A model generated the notes under the pieces. The model ran no database searches, had not been told where the DNA came from, and was given only the letters and a program-made list of their open reading frames with translations. Shown here piece after piece: positions 33,301 through 45,026 of a stretch of 64,000 bases of DNA; the first letter of the stretch is position 1, and every line of letters begins with the position of its first letter. The position numbers were made by a program, and so were the translations under genes. Origin of the DNA: Rebecca billardiae RCC1528 (Eukaryota > Protista > Haptophyta); contig OZ251225.1 in assembly GCA_965240325.2 (NCBI GenBank), positions 744,001 to 808,000 on the forward strand, in the 5' to 3' direction.

Positions 33301-33599
33301 TACCAGTACTTACCGCATAGCTACTCTGAGTACTCACATACACTCATAGAGACAATGCCCGGCCGCCTCAGGCAGGGAGCAATCAGGAGCCGACTAGTTA
33401 TGTACGCAATAATATAAGTTTTGTAATAACTAGTATACGGCGGTATACAGCACGCTACAGATTACTGCAGGCAATAATCGCCGTGCTGAGGCCGAATTAA
33501 TACGTATATGTGATGATGATAAGACGAAGTCGTCAGTGAGTCAGAGAATCGTCTTAGCACTACTGCTAGTGCTAGTCTCGTCCGGGTTAATTATTCCGT

Positions 33600-34190
33600 T
33601 AGCCCGGTTCGTGTGCGCCCGAGCGCCTATAACGGGAGCCCTCAGTTTCTTATAATTAAATAAGTCTTAAAGCTAACTAGTTCCGCGCCCGACGGGCCGA
33701 CCCGGCGACCGCGCAGGCGGCGGCGCGGCCCTGCCCGCTGAGTGGCTTTGCCTTTGGGCCCGGCCGGCGAGGCCCGAACAACTTGACGATGTATGTGGGC
33801 CATGTTGACAGTACTCACAGTAGTCAGCAGATGAGCAATAAATCTGGCAGCATGATCTATTGCATGGATATCCCGCGGTGCAACTGCACTCAGCACTGGC
33901 CAGGACTCAGTCAGGTGAATTCTGGGACTTGGGCAAGCTTCATAATGGACATCGGCATGGCCTAATAAGGTACTCGTATTACTATTCGGGCCGCGCGCTG
34001 CGTCCCACGACGGGCACACGCCGAGAGGGTCTATCTATCTAATCGGCTGACCACGAGCCGCAGACATAGTCCCTGTTATTTAGTCTTACTTACTAGCGTG
34101 ACTATAGCAAACCAGCAATCGCTAGTCTCAGTTTCTAGGCCAGATCCGCAGATAGCAATAAGCCCCTGGCAGTTTCTTAACGTGACGACA
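33600..34190 (+). repeat. Dispersed repeat, copy B of 17800-18260
   Basis: Shared blocks GCCCGAGCGCCTA, GGCCCGGCCGGCGAGGCC, CACTGGCCAGGA, CTCAGTTTCTAGGCCAGATCCGCAGATAGCAA. Confidence 0.75.
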
Positions 34191-34645
34191 GCACCTGCTG
34201 CTTATTATTATTGCGCAATGCGGCCCGCCATCATTGTGATTGATGATGTCCGCCTCGTCGGGCTCGTAGTAAGTATCATCGATCATCGGATTATTATTAT
34301 TATCGGCGGATAGTCGTCGTCCCGCGTACTACTACTTGAAGCAGACGAAGTTAGCCTAAGCCTACCGGCAATATATAGACATAGTACTCTACCGGATGAT
34401 TATTGGCTGGCAGTCGGAAAAGTAGTCCGGGACATCGGAGCCGGCAGCAGTAGGATTTCAGCGCTAGCATATATATATTATATATATTATTATATACATT
34501 ATTATTATTATTATTCGGCCGCGCGCCGCAATCGGTCATCGATCCACGGTGACCGCCCTCCGAGTCACACTCACTCCGAGCGACCGCAGGCACGGGCCGC
34601 GGAGCAGACGCAGTCAACTGATTCGGAGTTAGCTACAAGCTTAAG

Positions 34646-36370
34646 CTACCTGTTGGCAGCGGCAGCGGGCGATCCAGGACCAGATGCGGTGCGCAGCGTC
34701 GTCGTACTGTGGGCGAGCAGGGGCAGGTGGCGCCGAGCGCCATCGCCGTAGTGGCGCACCACACTGAAGAGCACAGGGTCGGCAGCTGCCACCAGCTGCA
34801 AAAGAACGTGCTCGACAGCGGAGTCGATCTCGCCTTGAGCTGCCGCGCTGGCAATGAGCGAGACTGTGCGGTCCACCAACGCAGGGTCGGCGCCTCCGCG
34901 CGCAGCAACGTCGGCGGCGGCGGCGCCGCCGCCGCCGCCGGCGCCGCCACGCGCCGCGCCCATCGCAGGCGCACCGATGGCCTCCGCCGTGTCCAGCATG
35001 CTGTTCCGGACGTGCTCAACAAGCCCGGCCGCCTGGGCGCGAGTGAGTGACACCTTGAGCTTGCGCGTCCACGCGATCGATCGCGAGAACTTGCTGAGCG
35101 TGTTGATGAGCGCGACGAGCTCCTCCCGGCTCGTCGCCGTCGCGATCAGATCGGGAGGCAGCAGCAGCCACTTGAGAGCCGTGCCCACCCCGAGCAGCTG
35201 CAGCTTGCCGTGCAGCCGGCACTTCTGGCAGGAGACGCAGTCGAGGATGGACGAGATGTTGTGGAACACGCCCTTGAACTGCCGCTTGAGCGACCACCAC
35301 GTGTGCACGTGCGGCTGCTGGGAGGGCTGGAAGAGCCGGCCCTCGTCGAACGCCGAGAACACCGACGAGCACGACTGCAGGATGCACGACTCGAGCAGCC
35401 GCTCGACGAGCGCGCGCGTGCGCTCCGCGTCGGCCAGCCCGAGCCGCTCGTAGTCGTAGCTCTGCAGGAAGCTCGACGCCTTCTGCACGGCACGGAGGAG
35501 CACGACGAAGGCGAAGTGCAGGTTGCGCAGCCGCTCGTCGTCGCCCTCGGCCGTAAAGTGCTTCGCGAAGATGGCCTCTGCGCTCGCGTGCAGCGAGTGC
35601 GACGCGTTGTGGTGCATGGCCGCGTGGATGTTGGTCGAGGCGTGCATCCCAGAGAGCACGCGGTACAGCACGCGCTCCTCGAGGCACATGGCGTTGGGCT
35701 GCGACGCGCGCACGAAGCAGTTCTCCTCGTAGATGGCCTCCCAGATGTGCGAGCCGTTGAAGCCCGTGTCCGACTCGGGGTTGAGCTTGAGGTTCACTGG
35801 CTCGCCTGCGCTGGTCGGGATGCGCGCGCACATGTCCAGCCAGAACTGAGGCAGCTCCTCGTCGTCGCACGCCGCACTCTGCACATCGGTGCCGGCGGCC
35901 TCGCCCTCTGCGAACGAGATGGTCGTGTCCACCACATCTGTCACGAACCCGTCGGCGTGGTCCACCCCGCCGTCCGACACCGCGCAGCGGCTCGACGGCG
36001 CACCGCCAGAGAGGGGTGAGCTGCCCGAGGCCGCGGCGCCAAACGCGATCGGCGGCGGCATGGGATCTACCGGGGCGCACGAGCCGGCCGTGTCGGCGTC
36101 GGCGAAACGGTCGAACGGGCATTCACGATGCAGGTCCACGCGCCAGATCCGGAAGAACGTGGTGTTCGTAAGCTCCTGAAGAATGGAGTGCAGCTGCTCC
36201 GAGTTGGCCCGATCCACTGCCGCGGCGTCGCAGGTGGCATCCCCGAGAGGCCCCTCAACGCAGACGCCAGCGTCATCCACGGGTGGTGGCAGGGCCTCCC
36301 ACGGGTTGGGGAAGGCGCCCGAGCTGACGGCGATGAGCGTGGCGCACAGCGTCGCCGTCGTCGTGCGCAT
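34646..36370 (-). CDS. ERO1: ER oxidoreductin 1
   Basis: Signal peptide. FFRIWRVDLHRECPF, LKLNPESDTGFNG, WEAIYEENC, LYRVLSGMHAS, DCVSCQKCRLHGKLQ (CxxCxxC). Confidence 0.96.
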   Translation of the reverse strand: MRTTTATLCATLIAVSSGAFPNPWEALPPPVDDAGVCVEGPLGDATCDAAAVDRANSEQLHSILQELTNTTFFRIWRVDLHRECPFDRFADADTAGSCAPVDPMPPPIAFGAAASGSSPLSGGAPSSRCAVSDGGVDHADGFVTDVVDTTISFAEGEAAGTDVQSAACDDEELPQFWLDMCARIPTSAGEPVNLKLNPESDTGFNGSHIWEAIYEENCFVRASQPNAMCLEERVLYRVLSGMHASTNIHAAMHHNASHSLHASAEAIFAKHFTAEGDDERLRNLHFAFVVLLRAVQKASSFLQSYDYERLGLADAERTRALVERLLESCILQSCSSVFSAFDEGRLFQPSQQPHVHTWWSLKRQFKGVFHNISSILDCVSCQKCRLHGKLQLLGVGTALKWLLLPPDLIATATSREELVALINTLSKFSRSIAWTRKLKVSLTRAQAAGLVEHVRNSMLDTAEAIGAPAMGAARGGAGGGGGAAAADVAARGGADPALVDRTVSLIASAAAQGEIDSAVEHVLLQLVAAADPVLFSVVRHYGDGARRHLPLLAHSTTTLRTASGPGSPAAAANR

Positions 36371-36458
36371 CAGGCCTAGATCACCGTCACCGCGCCGCGG
36401 TGCGTCAGACTCGTCACTCGTCCCTCGAGACAGAGGGCGGTGAGGTCCAGACGCCGCC

Positions 36459-38937
36459 CGGCAGCGCTAAATCAGCCCGGGCCGATTTAAGCTTATCTCA
36501 GCCCGGGCCGATTTAAGCGCTTAAATCGGCCCGGGCTGAGATAAGCTCCGCGCGAGCTTATCTCAGCCCGGGCTGAGATAAGCGCTTATCTCAGCCCAGC
36601 GGCTCGCGACTCGGCCGCCGTGGACTCGGAGCGCACGTCGCGCGGTGCGGCCCGCCCGCTCCATGGCTGCACGCGCTGCTGTGTCTTCGGTGGCCACAGG
36701 GTGAAGTGTGCTGAGTCTAGTGGCGGGCCCAGCTCCACCCACCCCCTTCTCCCTGGCCCGCCCCGCCTGCCCTCGCCTGCATCGGATGCCTTCCTCGCGC
36801 ATGCAACGGCCTCAGCCAACGCCATTGTTCCACCATCGATTCCACCATCGACGGTCGCGGGTACTTGTACGTCGTGTGCTGTACATGTGTGTCATGTGTA
36901 ATCGCACGCATGTGGCCACGGCCCACGTGCACCTGTCTGCCGTGTGCCGTTGCCCTTGTACCACGTTGCCCTTGTACCGTTCGCGCGTTGCGGCATGTGC
37001 TTGCCCAGCTTGGCATACTTGCCGGTCACGCTCGACGCTGGATCAGCCAATCATCGCGATCCCGTCAGATCGAAACGGTCCCTTCGCGCGGCGCACTACT
37101 CTGCGCGGCGGCTGCCGGTTCACGACCGAGCTTGGACCATCGGCTGACAGCTGTGGTGTGCGGCTCGCTGCGTCTCAAGTGTGGCAGGCGCTTCGGCAGA
37201 GTAATACACTGTCGACGGTCGTGGCGCCGCAGCTGGTGGGCTCACCGGCGCCGTCGCGCTCGCAGCTTTCGGCGCGCTTGGCGAGCACGCCAAGGTCGCC
37301 GCGCGCACCGTGGTCCGCGTGCACACAACGGCCGCCGCGCGCGCCGCAGCCGTCTTGCGCGCCGCAGCCGGCGAGCGCGCCGCGGCCGGCGAGCGCGCCG
37401 CGGCTGCTGAGCGCGCCCGGCCGGCGAGCGCGCCGCGGCCGGCGAGTGCGCCGCGGCTGCTGCGCGCGCCCGGACGGTGAGCGCGCCGCGGCTGCCGCGC
37501 GCCGCGCGGCTGGCGATTGCGCCGCGGCTGCCACGCGCGCTGCGGCCGGTAAGCGCGCCACGGCGGCAGACAGCGTAACTCGGCCGTCGCGCCCGGCCGG
37601 CGAGCGCGCCGTGGCTGCTGCGCGCGCCGCGGCTGCCGCGCGCGCCGCGGCCGGCGAGCGCGCCGAGGCCGACCAACGCGCCGCGACCGCCCCGCGCACG
37701 GCGACCGAAGGCGAGTCTGTGGCGGATAGCGAGCTTGCCGCTGCGGCTAGTGAGCGCGCCGCAACCGGCGCGGATGGATGGTGCAGCCGGGGCTTGCGCC
37801 ACCGCGACCGGTGAGCAGGCCGCGCCAGCATGCGTAGGTATTGGCGAGCGCGCCACCGCAACCGGCGAGCGCGCACCGCACGGGCCACAGATGCCCATTG
37901 GCCCAACGCCGCAGGTGCCCATCAAGCCTGGCGCCAACACGTGACAGTTGCGCGATGAGGCTGAGCGTGCTCGCCGGCCGCTGCGCGCTCACTGGCCGCG
38001 GCGGCGCGCTCGCTCGCTATCCGCCACAGACTAGCCTTCGGTCGTCGCGCACGGCCGCGGCGCGCTGGTCCGCCGCGGCGCGCGCGGCAGCCACGGCGCG
38101 CGCGGCAACCGCGGCGCGCGCGGCGGCCACCGCGCGCGTGGCGCATGCGGCGGCCGTTGCGTGCGTGCGGACCGCGGCGCACACCGCAACCTTAGCTTGC
38201 TGTCCGTGCGCACCAGCCCCTGAGCCGCGGCACGCGCTGCGAGCTTGGCGTGCTCGCCGTGCGCGCCGACAGCTGCGGGCGTGCCGGCGTCGGCGCGCCC
38301 ACTAGCCGCAGCGCCATGATCGTCCATGGAGCTGCGCCGGTGCCCATGCCTGTGCCGCTGGCACCGGTACGCCCGCGCGCGGCGGCCGCGGTGGCAACGT
38401 TCAGCACATTTTGAACAACGTGCAATGGCAACAGCACACAACCGACTGTAGCGCACGGGCCGTGTTCACCCGCGTGCGACTACGCGCGGACATGGTCAAC
38501 TGGCGAACGTCGATGGTGCGTCCATGGTGTTGGCTGCATGCTTCTCATGCGGGCAGCAAGTCCACAAGCCGAGTTGCCGCCGTGGAGTTGCATGCGCGAG
38601 GAAGGCATCCGATGCGGGCGAGGGCAGGCGGGGCGGGCCAGGGAGAAGGGGGTGGGTGGAGCTGGGCGCCCGCCACTAGACTCAGCACACTTCACCCTGT
38701 GGCCACCGAAGACACAGCAGCGCGTGCAGCCATGGAGCGGGCGGGCCGCACCGCGCGACGTGCGCTCCGAGTCCACGGCGGCCGAGTCGCGAGCCGCTGG
38801 GCTGAGATAAGCGCTTATCTCAGCCCGGGCTGAGATAAGCTCGCGCGGAGCTTATCTCAGCCCGGGCCGATTTAAGCGCTTAAATCGGCCCGGGCTGAGA
38901 TAAGCTTAAATCGGCCCGGGCTGATTTAGCGCTGCCG
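36459..38937. mobile_element. Non-autonomous foldback/Mutator-like element
   Basis: ~350-bp near-perfect TIRs (36459-36807, 38587-38937) and 9-bp TSD GACGCCGCC. No transposase. GC-rich short-repeat interior. Confidence 0.92.
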
Positions 38938-39227
38938 GACGCCGCCGCCGCCGCCGTCGCCGGTGGATTCGCGCGCGAGGAACCGTTTGTGGCGGCGGAA
39001 ATGCGGACGAATGCGCGGGAGGGAGTAGGGACCGTGTGGCGTGTCCGTCGGACCGTGAGGGCTCTGAAGCAGCACTGACGCGCTGTCACATATATATGCA
39101 CACGTGTGCTCGTCAGGTAGCTAACTCATCAGTGACACGGTCACGGACACGGTGGTACGACCTGTCGACCACAGCGACAACTCTGAAACGGTGCTCGCAC
39201 ATCGCGCGCGTGACTGCTACTACTACT

Positions 39228-41201
39228 TCACAGCAGCGCGCTTAGCTGGCGACGCCCAGCAGCACGTGCGGGTGACGCGAGCGCATCGGCGCCGGGAATC
39301 GCCGCTGCGTGCTCCGGAGCGTGGGTCCACGACCGGCGCAACCTGCGGCCGACCGCGAACCCTGCGCTGATCGGCGCGGCGACCAGCAGCAGGCCGACGA
39401 CCGCGGCCGCGGTGGTCGCGAGCTGCACGTACGGCGTGAGCGAGTCGCCCTCCGTCGCGTGCGGCGCAGGCGCGCGCGCGCCGGGCACGGCCTCTGGCGC
39501 GTCCTCGACCTTGACGAGGTCGGCGCCGAGCTTGCGCAGCATCTGCGCGATCGTGCCGTTCGCGATCGCGAGCACGTACTTCTCGGCGCGGTGGATCGTC
39601 TGGATGTGCGTCGCGTTGGTCAGCCGCACGACCGTGTACATCTGCGGGTCTGCCTCCGCCCACACGTCGCACATGTTGAGCGAGTCGAGCATCACGGCGC
39701 CGTCGCCGTCGACCTCGTCGTACTGCAGCATCGCGGGATCGTACACGTCCTCCGACGTGTACCGCAGCGTCGCGGGCGTCGGCACGCCCGCGCCGTAGAA
39801 GCAGTACGTCTTGACGCCCGGTGGCGCGAACGTGTGGTACCGCTTGGTGGCGTTGTAGATGTCAGCGGTCGTGTGCAGGTCCACCTGGTGGAGCATAGAG
39901 TCGAGCTGCGAGGCGCTCCACGAGCGGTGCGGCGTCTGCACGATCGGCCAGTCCTCCGCATGCCCTGGGATCGCCATGGGGAACGACCACGTCACGCCGC
40001 CAAACGTGCGGCTCACCTCGGCGAGGATCGAGCCATCGATCCACGGCAGCGACTTGGAGTTGATGCCCCAGAGGTAGCCGGACAGCACCATCCGCACCGA
40101 CTGCAGCGAGCCGCCAAAGCTGCCGGCGATCGGCACGAACGCCTCCACGTACTTGGCCTTCCACGCCTGCGCGGCGCGGCGGCGCGCACGCGCGCACCGG
40201 CGCGAGTGGCCATGAGCGCGCAGCCCATCGGCGCGGGCTGCGCCGCATCGCGGGCCGCGCTCGCGCGCCGGCGTGCGGGCGTGCGGCGCGCGCACCGGTG
40301 TGACAAAGTTGTTGAGAAACCACAGCGTGTACGGCGCGCCCTCGCTCACGGCGACGAGTACGGCCTTGCGCCCCGAGTTGAGCTGCACCGAGCTCTCGAT
40401 CAGCCGCTGCAGCTGCGAGAACGCGCCGCCCGGTTTCGTCCAGTACATGGGCCCCGTGCGCCAGTCGTACGGCGCGCCGTGCAGGTTGGAGCCCGCCACG
40501 TACCCCATGCGCTCGAGGTGGTACGCCATCTTGGAGAAGACCTCGGTGAGCGTGCACGTCGACTCCATCGCGGGCACGATGCAACGCACGCCCCCCACGT
40601 CGCCGTACTCGACGAGCCGCGTCTGCACGCCGTTGTCCAGGTACTCGTGCCGCCACATGTCCCACTTGAGCTCCAGGTTGGCCTGCGCGCGCGGCGCGCG
40701 GAGGCGCGGCGCGCAGCACGTGCGCATGGCGTCAGCCCGAGGGGCGGCGCGCGAGCGGGCGCCCGCGGAGCGCGGGGTGCGTGCACGCGCCTGGAAGCAC
40801 CCCACGGATCCCGGGATGATCTGCGTGATGTCGAACCAAAGATCGAACCACGACTTCTGGAAGAACTGCTGGACCAGGCATTCCCAGTCGTTCCGCCTGC
40901 CGGGGATGCGCGCCTGCAGCACAAGAGGCAGGCGAGGCGCAGACGTCAGACGAAGCGCGCACGCGAGGGCGGGGGGCCAAGCGCTGGACCGCCGTCAGCG
41001 CGCAACCGCGAGCGCGCTCCGAGCGCGTGCCTGGATGCGGCTGCCACCAATGCCTGGGATCAGCATGACCGGCGGCAGGTTCGGATCGCCCATGTCCTTG
41101 CGCTCCACAATCTTGCCCGTGGGATCCTCGACAGTGATTCCCCCATCCACCACGCGAGCGAGGCCCAGGAAGGGCAGCAGCAGCGCCACGCGCATCGTCA
41201 T
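39228..41201 (-). CDS. LCAT / group XV phospholipase A2-like acyltransferase, 4 exons
   Basis: PVMLIPGIGGSRIQ, GAPYDWR, VAVSEG (nucleophile), CFYGAGVPT, DGDGAV, THIQTI. Introns 40914-41030, 40683-40790, 40167-40295. C-terminal hydrophobic helix. Confidence 0.92.
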
Positions 41202-41520
41202 CGACGAACACCCGGCGGCGCCCTTCCGCCGAGACGCCAGCGCAGATCCCGGTGGCAAGCGCGTCCGGTAGCACGGCCCCGCGCGGGATCGATTTCTTAT
41301 TGCCGCCATTTTGCCGCCCAGCCTGCCGTCGGGTGGGTGATGGTCTTTCCCGCCCAGCCAGCGCCCAGCGGGGCTCGAGAGCGGCGAGACCGCAGCTTGG
41401 CCTCAGTGGTTGACTTCGGCTCGGGAGTCGGGGCCACGTTACTACATCATCACATGAATCTCTCTGTCTCCGCCTCTCCTCTATTCCAGAAGACTGGCCA
41501 GCTGCTTCAGCTAGTCGGCG

Positions 41521-43604
41521 TCACACTCCGGACGAGTGGCGCGGGCGGCGGCCGCGCGCTCGCAGATTGTGCGCAGCGTTGTACAGCCTGTGCATGAACT
41601 CCTCGCCCTTGCCGACGTCATAGTCGTCGTCTATGCCGTCGATCGCCGCGAGCTGCGCGCGCAGCTGCTCGATGCTCGCCATCTGCTGCTCGTGCACCTC
41701 GCGCTCCATCGAGCGCAGCACGTCCCGCTGCGCGCGCTCGCGCGTCTGCCGATCGGAACGCGCGCCGCGAATGCGCCCCTGCGTCGCGGCGCGCGGCGGG
41801 GTCGGGGGCGGCGCGCGGCTGGTGAGCTCGGCGCTCGGCGCGGCCGAGCGCGCGCGCGCACCCGCCCGCCCGCCCGCCCGCCGCACCTCGAGCATCTGTA
41901 TCTGCTCCCTGTAGAAGCCCTCCGTCGCGTGGTAGCTGCGCTCGGCGGCAAGCCGGCGCGCGCGCGCGCGCTCAGCCTCGGCGTCGCGCCCGAGCTGCAG
42001 CCGCTCTCGCTGCAGCTTGAGCGCGAGGCGGTAGAGGTGCTGGCGGTACGCGGCGCCGCGCGAGCCCCTGCGCGCGCGCGGCGCGCACAGGGGGACACGC
42101 CGCCAGCACGGCGTGAGCCTCGCGCAGCCCCGCGCAACACGCCAACCACCAACGCCCCGGCAGCGGCGCGCGCGCGCGCGCCGCCCTCGCGGCCCGCTCA
42201 CCCCCTGCGCGTGCGGGCCATGGGCGCGAGGGCGTGCGCGGTGGTGCGCGTGCGCGTGTGCGCGCACCTGCGGCTCGCGATGGACGCCTCCCAGCTCGCC
42301 GCGTCGTGCTCGCGGCGCAGCCGGCGGATCCACAGGATCCGCTCGTCGCGCAGCGCGTTGCGCGCCGCCAGCTCGGCGCTCGCGCGCTGCTGCCCGTCCG
42401 CGCGCCTCAGCTCAGCTGCGTACTGCCTGAGGAGGGACATGAGCACGGCGTAGGCGCGCACGCCCGCGTCGCCGGCGAGGCCGCTCGAGGCGTACTCCGA
42501 GAGCCGCCGGATGTCCTCGGCGTACACGCCCGCCTCCTCCGCCGGCGCGCCCTCCTCCTCCGCGCGCGCGCCCGCAGACTCGCGCGCGCCCTCGACGCGC
42601 GCGCGCGCCTCCTCCACGCGCCGCGCCAGCCTCGCCACGTCCTCGTTGATCGTGGCGTAGGAGAGGGTGCGCGCGTACGAGAGGGGCGCGTGCGCGCGGC
42701 GCGGGCGCGCGGCGTGCTCCGGCGGCAGCGGCGACGACGCCGCCGGGCCGTCCGCCCACTCGCGCGCGCGCGGCACGGGCAGCGGCCTGGCGGGCGGCCC
42801 AGGCGCGCGGCCGCCAGGCCTCCAGGGCTCAGCTGACGCCGGCCGCTGCCGCAGCCGCGCGCGCTGCGCGTCGGCCGCGCGCGCGAGCTCGTCCACGCGC
42901 AGCGCGGAGGCGGAGGTGTACGCCCGCCTGCCCGGGCGCTCCTGCACGAGCACGAGCCCTGGCCGCGCCGCGCCTCGCACGCCGCGCGCCACCGCGCGCC
43001 GCGCGCCGCCGCGCCCGCCCGCGCGCAGCAGCGTGCGCCTCACGTGTTCGATCGGCGCCTCGTCCTCGCCCTCCTGCGACCAGGGCGCCATCTCCTCCGC
43101 GTCGTCGGCGATGTCGAAGAGGACGTCGTCGGTCTGCACCCCACGAGGCGTGCGCGCGCGCGCGCGCGGCCTCGAGTGCGTGCGCGGCGCCGTGTCCGGC
43201 GAGCCCTCGCGCCGGCGGCGCGATGGCGGCGTGTCCTGCTCGGGCGCACCGTCGGGTGCGCCCAGCTCGCCGCTCGACTTGAAGATCTCGTGGAGCTCGT
43301 CGAGGATCTCGAGGAGGTTGCGCGTGGTCTCGAGGTCCACATCCGCCAGCGCCGCGCCGTCGATGTGCGACAGGTCCATCATCAGCACCGAGGTCGCCAG
43401 GTGGCTCACGAGCGCGTTGAAGTTGGCCTCGTGGTCCGCGTGCGTGCGCGCGGCCGTGTGGATGCCGGCGGGGAGGCCGATGAAGAGGCGGCGGAAGATC
43501 TGGAGGAGGAGCAGCGAGTCGAACTCCTCAAGCCGGCGTACGCGCTGCACGCCCACGCGGTCGAGCACGCGGTTGAGGGCCGCGACGACGTCCGTAGCCG
43601 ACAT
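41521..43604 (-). CDS. CEP95: Centrosomal protein CEP95-like (DUF5745 N-terminus), spliced
   Basis: N-terminal DLSHIDGAALADVDLETTRNLLEIL. C-terminal coiled coil with EGFYREQIQMLE..RERAQ. Introns near 42068-42267 and 41780-41886 (approximate). Confidence 0.75.
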
Positions 43605-43782
43605 CTTCGGTAGCGCTGCGGTGGGCAGGGCCGAAGGCCACTGGGTAGGCGCGCGGCCGGACGTGACTTTGCTGTTGCGAAAACGTCAAAAGTCAAAACG
43701 CGGGCTGCCCTTTTGGCCTTATTATTTTCCCAGCTGCGCCTGTGCTTGATGTGCATGAAAACTGGGCGGTGCTCGTAATAAC

Positions 43783-44943
43783 TCAGTCGTGCACGGCATC
43801 GGCCACACTGGAATCACGCAGCTCGGCGAGCCTCCTGCGGATGCCCTCCGCCATGCGCGCATTATGCGCGTCCTGCACCGAAGGCCTGCGCCCTTCTGGC
43901 GCCGATTGCGACGACCCCTGCCCCACCGCCGCAGGCGCGCGCGCTGGCTCCGCCCCTGTGCCAACGGGCAGAGGGGCAGGAGAGGCAGCAGGGTGCGATG
44001 CCGCCGCCGCTGCTGCGGCCACAGCGAGGGCTTCGAGCGCCTGCTGATACAGCGCGATCACCTCGTCGCGACTGGCCTCCCCGAGCGGCTCGAGCGCTGA
44101 GGCGAGGCGCAGGCACACCTGCGCGCGAAGTGCGCACATCTCCTCCTCCTCCTCAGCCTCATCGGCACTCGCCGTGTCCACCGGGGTGGCAGGAGTGCGC
44201 TCGAGCAAGCGGGCGGCTGCGCGCAGGTGCTCGCGCGCGCGCTCCGAGTCCGGATGGAAGGCATGGCGCGCGGCGGCGGGGGCGTGCGTGACATCCTCGC
44301 TGCCCTCCTCCCCCTCGTTGCCCGCCGCCGCCGCCGCCGCCGCCGCCGCGGGCGCGACCGCGGGCGCGAGGCACATGTTGGCAAGGTTCACGTGCGCGCG
44401 CACCGCGCACGGCACGTCCGCGCACGCCTCGGCGGCTCGGATGCATTCGGCTTGCTTGGCGGCCGCCTCGGGCCATCGACCGAGCGAGCGAAGCGCGAGA
44501 GCCACGTTCCCCAGCGCGTGCGCCCGGCCCTGCTCGTCGCCGTGCCGCGCGCACAGCTCGGCACAGCCCTCGAGCATCCGAAGGGCAACTTGCGGCTTGC
44601 CGATCTGGCGGTAGCAGATGGCGGCAGAGTTGAGGGCGTCCACCTCGCCGCGGACGTAGTTGAGCGCGCGCGCCATCACGTACGAGGCCGCGAAGCACTG
44701 CAGTGCGCCGCACGTGAGCGAGTGCGCGTCGGCACCCGGCTCGCCAGCATGCGCAAGCTGCGCGTTGCCTGCACCCATCATGCCGTCGAGCTCGTCCTTG
44801 CCGAGGCCCGCGAGGCCCTTCCCGCGCTCCTGAAGCACGGCGAGCTCACGCTCCGCGTCGCGGAGCGCGGGTGAGTACCCGTGCCCGTTCACCGCGGTGT
44901 CACCACGCCCGCCTTCGTCGTCGCTGTCGTGCCCGTGCTCCAT
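43783..44943 (-). CDS. TPR-repeat protein
   Basis: ALNSAAICYRQIG, ALGNVALALRSLGRWPEA, AHVNLANM helical repeats. Confidence 0.8.
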   Translation of the reverse strand: MEHGHDSDDEGGRGDTAVNGHGYSPALRDAERELAVLQERGKGLAGLGKDELDGMMGAGNAQLAHAGEPGADAHSLTCGALQCFAASYVMARALNYVRGEVDALNSAAICYRQIGKPQVALRMLEGCAELCARHGDEQGRAHALGNVALALRSLGRWPEAAAKQAECIRAAEACADVPCAVRAHVNLANMCLAPAVAPAAAAAAAAAGNEGEEGSEDVTHAPAAARHAFHPDSERAREHLRAAARLLERTPATPVDTASADEAEEEEEMCALRAQVCLRLASALEPLGEASRDEVIALYQQALEALAVAAAAAAASHPAASPAPLPVGTGAEPARAPAAVGQGSSQSAPEGRRPSVQDAHNARMAEGIRRRLAELRDSSVADAVHD

Positions 44944-45026
44944 GTTTGCTGCTCGGCGCTTCTGCCGTTCGCCCGGCCGGGCAGTTCTAGGAATGGGCGC
45001 GGGACTGACGAACGGGACCCGGGGAC

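Noticed and set aside
36708-38456. Ala/Arg-rich ORFs inside the foldback element
   Set aside because: Arise from GC-rich short repeats; no transposase motifs.
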